Below, piece by piece: positions 1 through 9,429 of a stretch of DNA of 20,000 nt (its first letter is position 1; each line of letters starts with the position of its first letter). Made by a program: the position numbers and the translations under genes. The notes beneath the pieces are model-generated. The model did no database searches, was not told the origin of the DNA, and was given only the letters and a program-made list of their open reading frames with translations. Location: sequence record SRR20825010_2151; one strand, 5' to 3'.

Positions 1-675
1 TACTCTGAATTAGTTGCTGAGAAAATCGCTGAGTTTACAGGCCATCCATTTATTACTGCTGAAAATAAATTCGAGGCACTAGCGGCCCACGATGCATTGG
101 TAGAAACGCACGGAGCGCTCAAGCAGATGTCAGTTTCTCTAAACAAAATTGCCAATGATATTAGAATGTTAGCCTCTGGGCCTCGTTCGGGAATTGGTGA
201 AATCATCATTCCATCTAACGAGCCAGGCTCTTCTATTATGCCAGGCAAAGTAAACCCAACCCAGTGTGAAGCTATGACGATGGTTTGCGCTCAAGTAATG
301 GGAAATGATGTTGCGGTTTCAGTGGGTGGTGCCCAAGGGCATTATGAACTGAATGTGTTCAAACCAATGATGGCATACAATGTATTACAGTCTGCACGTT
401 TAATTGGTGATGCTTGCGTTTCTTTCACTGAGAACTGTGCAATAGGCATTGAGCCAAATTACAAAAGTATTGAGCAACACGTGAACAATTCATTGATGTT
501 GGTGACGGCTTTAAATACTAAAATAGGGTACGAAAAGGCAGCAAAAATTGCAAAAACCGCACATGAGAACGGAACTACCTTAAAGCAAGAAGCTGTCAAT
601 TTAGGCTACTTGACAGCCGATGAGTTTGACGAATGGGTAAGGCCAGAAGATATGATCGGAAGTTTGAAAAGCTGA
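1..675 (+). CDS. fumC: Class II fumarate hydratase, 3' part (start lies upstream of the window)
   Basis: Frame is open from base 1 ([38 protein letters not shown]...). Contains the fumarase/aspartase signature [15 protein letters not shown] and the typical C-terminus [22 protein letters not shown]. Confidence 0.96.
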   Translation, partial: YSELVAEKIAEFTGHPFITAENKFEALAAHDALVETHGALKQMSVSLNKIANDIRMLASGPRSGIGEIIIPSNEPGSSIMPGKVNPTQCEAMTMVCAQVMGNDVAVSVGGAQGHYELNVFKPMMAYNVLQSARLIGDACVSFTENCAIGIEPNYKSIEQHVNNSLMLVTALNTKIGYEKAAKIAKTAHENGTTLKQEAVNLGYLTADEFDEWVRPEDMIGSLKS

Positions 676-731
676 CATTAAAGTTATAATTTGTGATTTA
701 ATGGGTTTCACTCAAATAAAACAAAGATAAG

Positions 732-1391
732 ATGAAAGCTTCTAAAGTATTTTTCACGCTTTTACTGGGCATCTTTATTGCCTCAGCCGCCATTGGTCAA
801 GAAATGACCAAAGCCGAAAAGAAGGCCTTCAAACAAGAAATGAAGGTTTGGAAGAAAATGAAAAAGTCGATGTCTCCAGAGGACTTCAAGACACTTTCTG
901 AGGAACACCGTAAATTGAAAACCTCCAATGCAGGAGCTTTGAGTGACATTCAAACGCTTGAAACCCAATTGAGCGGTAAGGATGGCCAAATTGGTGATTT
1001 GCAAAAACAAGTAGCCAGAATGCAAGCGTCTTATCAAGCATCTCAAAAGGAAGTAGAGAACCTAAAGGCTCAAATTGACAGTCGTCCAGCATACAATCCA
1101 GAGATAATCAATGGAGAGGATTTTAGCGTGGGTGTTGTGTTTAAAGTTCAAGTGGGTGCTTTCAGAAAGGTAGATTTAAAGAAATATGCAGATACAGCCA
1201 AGGACTTTGCTGAAGAAGGAGAGGAACTTAGAAAGTATGTAATTGGTAACTTTAGAAACTACGAAGATGCTAATGTCCTAAAAAGGTATTTAAGAGAAAT
1301 GGGGGTTGAAGACGCCTGGATCGTACCCTATAAAGATGGTAAAAGAGTTCCACTCAAGGACGTTCTCCCAACTGCAGAAAAAACGAAGTAA
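732..1391 (+). CDS. Exported coiled-coil protein with C-terminal SPOR-like domain
   Basis: N-terminal signal peptide (MKASKVFFTLLLGIFIASAAIG), heptad coiled-coil middle, and C-terminal FKVQVGAF...YVIGNF..YEDA..LKRYLREMGVEDAWIVPYKDGKR resembling Bacteroidota SPOR domains. Confidence 0.7.
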   Translation: MKASKVFFTLLLGIFIASAAIGQEMTKAEKKAFKQEMKVWKKMKKSMSPEDFKTLSEEHRKLKTSNAGALSDIQTLETQLSGKDGQIGDLQKQVARMQASYQASQKEVENLKAQIDSRPAYNPEIINGEDFSVGVVFKVQVGAFRKVDLKKYADTAKDFAEEGEELRKYVIGNFRNYEDANVLKRYLREMGVEDAWIVPYKDGKRVPLKDVLPTAEKTK

Positions 1392-1412
1392 ACTTTTCCC
1401 GTATTAGAATTT

Positions 1413-1445
1413 AGCAGTGCTTTATTAATAAAGCACTGCTTTTTT
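1413..1445 (+). terminator. Rho-independent terminator
   Basis: Perfect 28-bp palindrome AGCAGTGCTTTATT/AATAAAGCACTGCT (1413-1440) followed by a T-run, 21 nt after the stop at 1391. Confidence 0.85.
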
Positions 1446-1481
1446 ATACCCTTTTAGGTTCAATATTTACTACTTTTATAC

Positions 1482-3182
1482 ATGCAAAAGAGGTGGCTAT
1501 TTAATGAAGAAGCGGACGGAGAACTGGTACAGTCGCTTCAGGAAAACCTCGGGTTAACAGAAAACCTGGCCTTATTATTCGCTCAAAAAGGAATTAAAAA
1601 CTACGATGAAGCCAAAGCTTACTTTAGACCTCAACTAGACCAGCTGCACGACCCATTTCTAATGAAAGATATGGATCGAGCTGTGGATCGATTAACCACA
1701 GCGCTAGAGAATGGAGAGAAAATTCTCGTTTATGGCGATTACGATGTAGATGGTACAACCTCAGTAGCCACTTTTTATGGCTTTCTTTCCGAAACCCATG
1801 ACACACTTGAGTTTTATATTCCAGATAGATATAAGGAGGGTTATGGCGTGTCTAAAACAGGAATAGAGTATGCTATCGAGAATGGGTTTGGGCTTATTGT
1901 GACCTTAGATTGTGGAATCAAGGCACACAATAGGGTTGATCAAGCTCAAGAAGCGGGTATAGATGTTATCATTTGCGACCACCATACTCCGGGGGATGAT
2001 TTGCCAGCAGCGTATGCGGTGCTAGATCCAAAGCGAGTAGATTGTGAATACCCTTATAAGGAATTATCGGGTTGTGGAGTAGGCTTCAAGCTTTTGCAGG
2101 CTTATTGCCAAAGAAAGGAAATTCCCCAAGAAGGACTTTTTCAATACTTGGATTTATTGGCGGTGAGTATTGCTTCGGACATTGTACCTATTACAGGAGA
2201 AAATAGAGTCTTCACTTACTTTGGTCTTAAAAAACTAAATCAAGACCCAAGACCGGGGTTAAAAGCTCTAGTAGATCTTTGTAAGAATAGAAATGACTTT
2301 ACTGTTTCCAGCATTGTTTTTGGCATTGGTCCTAGGATTAATGCTGCTGGACGAATGGATCACGCCAAAGCATCGGTAAAACTACTTTTAGCCAAGACCG
2401 AAGAAGATGCAGATGCAAAAGCATCGCTGATCAATGATAAGAATGATGCTCGTAGAGATTTCGATAACACAATTACAGAAGAGGCTTTGTTGATGATTCA
2501 ATCGGATGAAGTGCTTTTAAACGCGAAGTCAACAGTTTTGTATAAAGAAGACTGGCATAAAGGCGTGATAGGAATTGTGGCTTCCCGTTGTATTGAAAAA
2601 CATTATCGGCCTACGGTTATTTTAACAGAATCGAATGGTAAAGTAACAGGTTCTGCAAGGTCGGTGTTGGGTTTCGATGTTTACAATGCCATTACCGAAT
2701 GTGCCGATTTACTTGATCAGTATGGCGGACATATGTATGCCGCTGGAGTGACGATGGAAATTGCCAATGTGGAGGCTTTTCAAGCAAAATTTGAAAGCAT
2801 AGTAGCCAGTACGATTTCGGAAGATCAACTTGTTCCTGCTATAAAAATTGATTTGGTCATCTTTCTGGATGATATCCATTTCAAGTTTTATGAAACCATT
2901 AGACAAATGGGACCTTTCGGTCCCCAAAATATGCAACCTGTTTTTGTTTCAGAAAACGTACATGCAGAAAACGCTAAAGTACTGAAGGAACAGCACCTTA
3001 AGTTTACCGTAAAGCAAGAAGGAATTAGTGGTGCTATTGATGCCATCGGTTTTGGTTTGGGTGAATATTACGATTTGGTAAATTCTGGCATGAAATTTCA
3101 CATGGCCTATACCATTGAAGAGAACGATTTTAGAGGACATAAGAGCCTTCAACTCTTCATTAAGGATATTAAGTTTGAATGA
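1482..3182 (+). CDS. recJ: Single-stranded-DNA-specific exonuclease RecJ
   Basis: DHH-family motifs GDYDVDG, TLDCG, DHH, SDIVP, PRINAAGR and DHHA1 motifs GSARS / GGHMYAAG; 566 aa. Confidence 0.96.
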   Translation: MQKRWLFNEEADGELVQSLQENLGLTENLALLFAQKGIKNYDEAKAYFRPQLDQLHDPFLMKDMDRAVDRLTTALENGEKILVYGDYDVDGTTSVATFYGFLSETHDTLEFYIPDRYKEGYGVSKTGIEYAIENGFGLIVTLDCGIKAHNRVDQAQEAGIDVIICDHHTPGDDLPAAYAVLDPKRVDCEYPYKELSGCGVGFKLLQAYCQRKEIPQEGLFQYLDLLAVSIASDIVPITGENRVFTYFGLKKLNQDPRPGLKALVDLCKNRNDFTVSSIVFGIGPRINAAGRMDHAKASVKLLLAKTEEDADAKASLINDKNDARRDFDNTITEEALLMIQSDEVLLNAKSTVLYKEDWHKGVIGIVASRCIEKHYRPTVILTESNGKVTGSARSVLGFDVYNAITECADLLDQYGGHMYAAGVTMEIANVEAFQAKFESIVASTISEDQLVPAIKIDLVIFLDDIHFKFYETIRQMGPFGPQNMQPVFVSENVHAENAKVLKEQHLKFTVKQEGISGAIDAIGFGLGEYYDLVNSGMKFHMAYTIEENDFRGHKSLQLFIKDIKFE

Positions 3183-3188
3183 TTATTC

Positions 3189-3196
3189 TATTTTTG
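3189..3196 (+). promoter_or_regulatory. Bacteroidota sigma-A -7 element (TAnnTTTG) for lptB
   Basis: TATTTTTG in the recJ-lptB gap, 10 nt before the lptB ATG. Confidence 0.55.
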
Positions 3197-3206
3197 CCAT
3201 TCCATC

Positions 3207-3938
3207 ATGAAATTAAGAGCCGATAACCTCGTCAAGACATACAAAAAAAGAAAAGTAGTTGATGACATTTCTGTGCAAGTTGAACAGGGAGAAATCGTTG
3301 GATTACTTGGGCCAAATGGCGCAGGGAAAACCACTACATTCTATATGATTGTTGGCTTGATTAAGCCAAATGAGGGAAATGTCTACCTCGAAGATGAAGA
3401 TATTACCCCCTTACCAATGTTTAAAAGGGCCAAATTAGGGATTGGGTATTTGGCACAGGAACCGAGTGTTTTCAGAAAACTTACTGTGGAAGAAAACATT
3501 ATGGCGGTGCTTGAAATGACAAAACTGCCAAAGAAATTACAGAAAGAGAAGATGGAATCTCTTTTAGAGGAGTTCAGTCTTACCCATGTGAGAAAAAATA
3601 AGGGGCAGGTACTTTCAGGGGGTGAAAGAAGAAGAACAGAGATTGCTAGAGCACTATCAGTAGACCCTAAATTTGTATTGCTTGACGAACCCTTTGCTGG
3701 TGTAGACCCTATTGCCGTGGAGGAGATTCAGTCCATTGTTTTCAAGCTGAAGCAAAAAAACATAGGTATTCTCATTACAGACCATAATGTGAATGAAACC
3801 TTGTCTATCACTGACCGTGCTTATTTGATGTTCGAGGGGAAACTTTTAAAGGCTGGAACTGCCGAAGAGTTGGCAGAGGATGAGCAGGTAAGAAAGGTAT
3901 ATCTAGGTAAAAATTTTGAACTAAAGCGGAAAGTGTAA
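3207..3938 (+). CDS. lptB: LPS export ABC transporter ATP-binding protein
   Basis: Walker [11 protein letters not shown]-loop [13 protein letters not shown], signature [13 protein letters not shown], Walker [19 protein letters not shown]-terminal VRKVYLG. Confidence 0.95.
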   Translation: MKLRADNLVKTYKKRKVVDDISVQVEQGEIVGLLGPNGAGKTTTFYMIVGLIKPNEGNVYLEDEDITPLPMFKRAKLGIGYLAQEPSVFRKLTVEENIMAVLEMTKLPKKLQKEKMESLLEEFSLTHVRKNKGQVLSGGERRRTEIARALSVDPKFVLLDEPFAGVDPIAVEEIQSIVFKLKQKNIGILITDHNVNETLSITDRAYLMFEGKLLKAGTAEELAEDEQVRKVYLGKNFELKRKV

Positions 3939-5477
3939 GTGGCAATAATTAACTCTATACTCACATGGGTAATGAAAAAGCGGATGTATCAAATCGGCCT
4001 TTTTATGAAATATCCATTAGAGGTACAAGACGAATTATTCAAGAAACTGATTACCACTGCCAGAAATACAGAGTTTGGTCGTACCCATGGTTTTGCGGAC
4101 ATTCAGAATCAAGAGCAGTTTAGACGAGACATCCCTATCTTCTCTTATGAGGAAATAAACCCTTATATAGAGAGAAACATGATGGGTGAGCAAAATTTGC
4201 TTTGGCCATCAGATGTAAAGTGGTTTGCCAAATCATCGGGAACCACCAATGCCAGGAGCAAGTTTATCCCAGTTTCTTATGAGGCTCTAGAGGAATGCCA
4301 CTTTAAAGGAGGCAAGGACATGCTTTCTATATACTGCAATAATAATCCGGAAACGAGAATGTTCGATGGCAAGGGTCTCACCATTGGTGGAAGCCAGCAG
4401 ATGAATCAATTCGACAGTAGCCAAGAGTCGTTTTATGGAGATGTCTCAGCAGTAATCATGTCTAACCTTCCGTATTGGACAAGATTCGTTCGTACACCTG
4501 CATTAGACATTGCCTTAATGGATGAATGGGAGTCTAAAATTGAGATCATGGCCAAAACTACCATGGATGAGAATGTGACCAGCATTTCGGGAGTGCCTAC
4601 ATGGACGATTATTTTGCTCCAAAAAATAATGGAGCTTAAGGGAACAGATAACATTCATGACGTCTGGCCGAACCTCGAAGTCTTCTTTCACGGAGCAGTG
4701 GCTTTTGGCCCGTATAAAAATATTTTTCAGAAAATGATTCCTTATAGCGGGATGTATTATATGGAAACCTATAATGCATCTGAGGGCTTTTTTGGTATTC
4801 AGGATGTAATGGGGTCTGAGGATATGTTGCTCATGTTGGATTATGGCATTTTCTATGAATTCATTCCTTTTGCCGAAATACACAAAGATTCGCCCAAGGT
4901 AATTGGGTTGGAAGAAGTAGAAGAAGGCGAAAACTATGCCTTGCTCATTTCTACCAATGCTGGCTTGTGGAGGTATAAAATCGGAGACACCATTCAGTTT
5001 ACATCCGTTTCTCCCTATAGAATTCGAATTTCAGGAAGAACAAAGCACTATATAAATGCTTTTGGAGAAGAGTTGGTTGTTGAAAATGCAGAAAGGGCAA
5101 TTGCTGTGGCTTCAGAAAAAACAGGCGCTCTGATTAACAACTTTACGGCTGCTCCAAAATACTTTAGCCAAGATGAAAAGGCAGCCCACGAATGGGTGGT
5201 TGAATTTGAAAAGGAACCTGATAGTCTTGAAGAATTCACTCGATTTTTGGATGAAACGCTTCGCGAAATCAACTCAGACTATGATGCCAAGCGTTATAAA
5301 GATATGGCATTGACCAGCCCGATTGTTCATAGGGCCGAAGTGGGAACTTTTTATAAATGGATGAAGGGAAGGGGAAAGCTGGGTGGTCAGAACAAAGTGC
5401 CTAGACTCTCAAACACACGAGAGTACCTAGACGATATTCTAAAGATGTTAGGGGCAAATCACAAGCAAGTATTATAA
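3939..5477 (+). CDS. GH3-family (auxin-responsive GH3-like) acyl-adenylate/amido ligase
   Basis: GH3/ANL motifs KSSGTT, YNASEG, GLWRYKIGD and C-terminal GGQNKVPRL. GTG start immediately follows the lptB TAA. Confidence 0.88.
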   Translation: MAIINSILTWVMKKRMYQIGLFMKYPLEVQDELFKKLITTARNTEFGRTHGFADIQNQEQFRRDIPIFSYEEINPYIERNMMGEQNLLWPSDVKWFAKSSGTTNARSKFIPVSYEALEECHFKGGKDMLSIYCNNNPETRMFDGKGLTIGGSQQMNQFDSSQESFYGDVSAVIMSNLPYWTRFVRTPALDIALMDEWESKIEIMAKTTMDENVTSISGVPTWTIILLQKIMELKGTDNIHDVWPNLEVFFHGAVAFGPYKNIFQKMIPYSGMYYMETYNASEGFFGIQDVMGSEDMLLMLDYGIFYEFIPFAEIHKDSPKVIGLEEVEEGENYALLISTNAGLWRYKIGDTIQFTSVSPYRIRISGRTKHYINAFGEELVVENAERAIAVASEKTGALINNFTAAPKYFSQDEKAAHEWVVEFEKEPDSLEEFTRFLDETLREINSDYDAKRYKDMALTSPIVHRAEVGTFYKWMKGRGKLGGQNKVPRLSNTREYLDDILKMLGANHKQVL

Positions 5478-5521
5478 AGTATGATTGCCTCCCTTCTTAA
5501 CGAATAGCGTATATTACCCTT

Positions 5522-6124
5522 CTATTTTATCGTACAGCCAATGGCTTTAGTACTGTTGGTTTCGATGCTCTGCCCCTTTAAAAGGGCATCTACAGCGCTT
5601 TCTACATAGCGTTTTGTGGCTGATTCAGGGTTTCTGCTATTATTGTCTATCGCACCAATATATGCTACTCTAAACGCTTCTCCTTCCTTATTTAAAACAT
5701 ATACTTGAGGCGTGTTTGTAGCGCCATAAGCGGCTGTGGTTTCCTGGCTATCGGTGTCTATTAAATACGAAAAGGGAAACTCTTTGTCATTTGCCCTTTC
5801 TTTCATTTTGGAATAGGAGTCTCCAGTAGAAATTTTAGGGTTGTTAGGCTGAATGGCAATTACCGAATAGCCTAAAACGGAATATTTCTGGTGTAATGCA
5901 ATAACTCGATCTTCGTACATGTCTGAATAAGGGCAAGTATTACAAGTGAAAACAATAATATAGCCCTTCGCACTTTTATTGGTATTGAGTGATACCATTT
6001 TACCATCAATATTTTTAAGGTTAAAGTCTGGAGCAGTACCCCCTATTTTAACCCCCTGAGGAGTTTGATTCAGTCCTCCTACTATAAAAAGAAATGATAT
6101 TATAAATGCTTTAATATAAACCAT
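5522..6124 (-). CDS. Exported thioredoxin/peroxiredoxin-like (AhpC/TSA-fold) protein
   Basis: Hydrophobic N-terminus, APDFNLKNIDG, FTCNTCPY (CxxC), YGATNTP, YIGAIDN, C-terminal TKAIGCTIK. Confidence 0.85.
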   Translation of the reverse strand: MVYIKAFIISFLFIVGGLNQTPQGVKIGGTAPDFNLKNIDGKMVSLNTNKSAKGYIIVFTCNTCPYSDMYEDRVIALHQKYSVLGYSVIAIQPNNPKISTGDSYSKMKERANDKEFPFSYLIDTDSQETTAAYGATNTPQVYVLNKEGEAFRVAYIGAIDNNSRNPESATKRYVESAVDALLKGQSIETNSTKAIGCTIK

Positions 6125-6559
6125 AACTGCTGATCTTTATTGGTAATTGCTTTTTTAAGGTTTGAAGTTCGTCATTCTCTAACTTTGATTCAACATGTTT
6201 TATGTAACCGTTGTTTGAAGAATTTTTCATTGGAGTTATGGCTCACTTCCTTTATAAATCAGACGTTTGAAATATGAATATTCTAATATGAGCTGAAAGT
6301 AGCCAAATTGTTTTGACTTGGCTCTTTATTGATGCCAAATACAAAAAATCAACCTGCTCATATGGGCGTAATATTGGGTTAACATTCAGGTCATTGGGGG
6401 TTGAACTATTTGCGTTTTGATTTGAGTCAACTCTTACTCCTGAAAATACAATTGAAGCCTCTACTGAAAGCTGCGTTTATGGTTCAGAAATGGACTTTCA
6501 AAAATCAATTACTAGTAATGTTTTTAGACAAAACAAAGATTGATTAAAGTCAAATAATG

Positions 6560-6712
6560 TTTTCCACAAAACCATAAAGTTGTCCACATTTTTCAACAGA
6601 AAGAACATAAGTAACTGATTATAAGGGGTTTAAATTAAGCAAGTGGAATTTGATTTTTGTTGATAAGTATTTAAAAAATTGCCCTGAGGTATTCTGAAGG
6701 GATATATTCACA
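6560..6712. promoter_or_regulatory. Cluster of DnaA-box-like 9-mers with an IHF consensus site (candidate oriC or DnaA-regulatory locus)
   Basis: TTTTCCACA 6560-6568, TTGTCCACA 6580-6588, TTTTCAACA 6590-6598, TTATCAACA (- strand) 6658-6666, ATATTCACA 6704-6712. AATCAGTTACTTA (- strand, 6608-6620) matches IHF WATCARNNNNTTR. Confidence 0.55.
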
Positions 6713-6734
6713 GTTTGGGGGCAAAATAATTTCT

Positions 6735-6755
6735 AAAAAATGGGTGGCCATTTTT
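6735..6755 (-). terminator. Possible weak terminator of the mazG-clc transcript
   Basis: AAAAATGG-gtgg-CCATTTTT inverted repeat 7 nt past the clc stop; few G-C pairs. Confidence 0.3.
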
Positions 6756-6762
6756 GGAACAA

Positions 6763-8538
6763 TCATTCCTTATTCTGACGCTTGAGTTTAGTGCGATATG
6801 CACTGAAAATACGCGATTTTGACATAATTCCTAAATATTTATCGTCCTTAATCACGGGCAGATTCCAAGCACCCGTCTTCTCAAACTTTGTCATTACTTC
6901 TTCCATTTTATCGCTTGTAGAAACCGTAGCAGGGGGTTTATGCATTAGGGCTGCTACAATAACACTTTTTTGAGATGATGGATCAAACATAATTTCACGA
7001 ATGTCGTCAAGCGTGATGATTCCCTGTAGTTCACCCTTCTCATTTACTACAGGAAATATATTCCTTTTAGACTTTCGAACAAGGGCCACTAAATCACCAA
7101 GGGTTTTTTCTGGGTGGATAGTCAGCAGGTCATTTTCAATTAGCTTTTCAATTTTTATCAAGCTTAATACCTGTCTGTCTTTATCATTAGTAATGAGGTC
7201 TCCTGCCTTAATTAAACGACCCGTATAAAAGGAGTACTGCTCGAAATAACGTGAGGTGCTGAGACCAATTGCTGAGACCAACATTAAGGGTAGAAACAAA
7301 GTGTAACCACTGGTAATTTCTGCAATAAGGAATATGGCAGTAAGTGGGGCGTGCAATACACCACTCATTACACCACACATACCAACTAAGGTGAAATTAC
7401 TAATTGAAAGAGTTTTGCCTATTCCTAGAAAGTTGATGGTTTGGGAATAGATATAACCAGTAATGGCTCCGATAAAAAGAGATGGCGCAAAAATCCCTCC
7501 ACTACCACCAGCTCCTAATGTAAGTCCTGTGGCAATTGGTTTGATTAACAAAATTCCTAATGAAAAAAGGATCAGATAAAGCGTACTGTCTTCATTCTTC
7601 AAGAAAAAACTCTCATTTAAAAGTGCCTCAGGGTTTCCATTCAGAATAGTTGTGATGGAGTCGTAACCCTCACCATAAATTGGATGAAAAACGAAAATGA
7701 TGATCCCCAATGCTAAGCCGCCAATAACAGCCCTACCCGTTTTGTTTTTAATCTTAACAGCTACTGACTCAGTAAGCTGGGTAAGTCGAGTAAAATACAC
7801 GGCAACCAAACCGCAAAAAACACCGAACACCAAGAAGTAAGGAAAGTCAGACGCAAGAAACGGATCGGTAAGGTCGAAGGAAAACAGTACATCTGGCCCT
7901 AAAGTGAGCATGGACACCAATGAGCCAATTACGGATGCGATCAGCAGCGGAATAAAGGCTGCGATGGTTACCTCGGTTAGAATAACTTCGATACTGAAAA
8001 TTACGCCCGCCACTGGCGAATTGAAAATGCCAGATATTGCAGCAGCAGCTCCGCAACCAATCATCAGAGTGCGTTGCTTATAACTAAGGTGCATTAGCTG
8101 CCCAATGTTGGAGCCTATGGCCGAACCCGTTACAACAATTGGTGCTTCAAGCCCTACCGAACCCCCAAAGCCTACCGTAAGTGCAGAAGTAATCATGCTA
8201 CTATAGGTTTTTACCCTAGTTATGATACTTGATTTTTTGGAAATAGTGTATAGAATACTGGTGATTCCATGGCCTAATTTTTCTTTCAGAAGCTTGTCAG
8301 CAACAATGGAAGTAATAACGATTCCAATAAGTGGATAAATTAGAAAAAGATAATGGGCAACATCTTCTCTAAAATCACTTAGCGAGTGTTGAATATAATG
8401 AACGGTGCTTTTTAGGAGTACAGCCGCTATTCCACCCAAAAGACCAATAATTCCGCTTAGAATCATAAGGAAATTACGCGTGCTAATGTTGCGTATTCTC
8501 CAGATTAAAAACTTTGAAAGGGTCTTATTGAACTTCAT
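6763..8538 (-). CDS. CLC-family chloride channel/transporter with C-terminal CBS pair
   Basis: Multiple TM helices, GGSVGLEAP (gating Glu), GAAAAISGIFNSPVAG, GGSGGIFAP, APLTAIFLIAEIT, and two CBS domains (FPVVNEKGELQGIIT; LPVIKDDKYLGIMS). Confidence 0.92.
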   Translation of the reverse strand: MKFNKTLSKFLIWRIRNISTRNFLMILSGIIGLLGGIAAVLLKSTVHYIQHSLSDFREDVAHYLFLIYPLIGIVITSIVADKLLKEKLGHGITSILYTISKKSSIITRVKTYSSMITSALTVGFGGSVGLEAPIVVTGSAIGSNIGQLMHLSYKQRTLMIGCGAAAAISGIFNSPVAGVIFSIEVILTEVTIAAFIPLLIASVIGSLVSMLTLGPDVLFSFDLTDPFLASDFPYFLVFGVFCGLVAVYFTRLTQLTESVAVKIKNKTGRAVIGGLALGIIIFVFHPIYGEGYDSITTILNGNPEALLNESFFLKNEDSTLYLILFSLGILLIKPIATGLTLGAGGSGGIFAPSLFIGAITGYIYSQTINFLGIGKTLSISNFTLVGMCGVMSGVLHAPLTAIFLIAEITSGYTLFLPLMLVSAIGLSTSRYFEQYSFYTGRLIKAGDLITNDKDRQVLSLIKIEKLIENDLLTIHPEKTLGDLVALVRKSKRNIFPVVNEKGELQGIITLDDIREIMFDPSSQKSVIVAALMHKPPATVSTSDKMEEVMTKFEKTGAWNLPVIKDDKYLGIMSKSRIFSAYRTKLKRQNKE

Positions 8539-8558
8539 AGATATTTCACTGCAAATCT

Positions 8559-9368
8559 CTAAAGATTCTTAGCCCTTTCCCAATATTTATCCATTTCCTG
8601 CAGGCTCATTTCGGCTATGTTCTTCCCGTCCTTTTTCGATTCGGTTTCTAAAAACTTAAAACGTTTTATGAATTTAAGATTTGTTCGCTCTAAAGCCTCT
8701 TCTGCATCGATATCTATAAAGCGAGAATAGTTGATGAGCGAGAATAGCATATCACCAAATTCTCCAGAAGCCTTTTCTTTATTAATTTTAGTCGAATCCT
8801 CAATGTTGAATTCATCCTTGAACTCCTGCATCTCTTCTTCTACCTTTTCCCAAACTTGTTCTTTCTTCTCCCAATCAAAGCCAACTCCTCTTGCCTTGTC
8901 TTGAATCCTCATGGCTTTTACCATCGCTGGTAAGCCTTTAGGTACACCTCCCAAAACGGAAGTGTTTCCCTTTTCTTTGAGCTTAATCTTTTCCCAATTT
9001 TCCTTTACGGCTTGTTCATCTTTGGCATCTACATCGCCATAAATATGTGGGTGTCGATGAATAAGTTTATCGCAAATGGCGTTTATGCTGTCGGCAACAT
9101 CAAAAGCTTTTTGTTCATCGGCAATTTTTGAATAGAAAACCAAGTGGAGCATAACATCCCCTATTTCCTTTTTAATTTCATCAAGATTGTTTTCGAGAAT
9201 GGCTTCTGAAAGCTCATATGTTTCTTCAATGGTTAAATGACGAAGGCTTTCCAGTGTTTGTTTTTTATCCCAAGGGCAGTTTAATCGCAACTCATCCATA
9301 ATGGTTAGCAGGCGGTCAAATGCTTCTAATTTTTCTTTTCTTCGAAGGTCTTTTTGGGGTTCAAGCAT
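8559..9368 (-). CDS. mazG: Nucleoside triphosphate pyrophosphohydrolase MazG
   Basis: LRLNCPWDKKQT, EETYEL, EIGDVM, KLIHRHPHIYG, and second domain GFDW...EEMQEF...EFGDMLF...KFIKRF. Confidence 0.95.
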   Translation of the reverse strand: MLEPQKDLRRKEKLEAFDRLLTIMDELRLNCPWDKKQTLESLRHLTIEETYELSEAILENNLDEIKKEIGDVMLHLVFYSKIADEQKAFDVADSINAICDKLIHRHPHIYGDVDAKDEQAVKENWEKIKLKEKGNTSVLGGVPKGLPAMVKAMRIQDKARGVGFDWEKKEQVWEKVEEEMQEFKDEFNIEDSTKINKEKASGEFGDMLFSLINYSRFIDIDAEEALERTNLKFIKRFKFLETESKKDGKNIAEMSLQEMDKYWERAKNL

Positions 9369-9400
9369 TGAGATAAAGGCTTTTTGGGAAACTTACTGTT

Positions 9401-9408
9401 CAAAGGTA
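9401..9408 (-). promoter_or_regulatory. -7 element for mazG
   Basis: TACCTTTG on the - strand, 32 nt upstream of the mazG start. Confidence 0.6.
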
Positions 9409-9429
9409 GCGTTCTACGCTCAACTATCT

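Noticed and set aside
1413..1440. Perfect 28-bp palindrome as a recombination site or repeat unit
   Set aside because: Single copy, directly after a stop codon and followed by a T-run; a terminator explains it.
5522..5524. TAG read-through / pyrrolysine recoding in the thioredoxin-like gene
   Set aside because: TAG terminates mazG and hemH normally, no pyl genes are in view, and the read-through tail would overlap the convergent GH3 gene.
8559..9368. mazG as part of an anti-phage or toxin-antitoxin module
   Set aside because: Full-length two-domain housekeeping MazG with no mazEF or defence neighbours.
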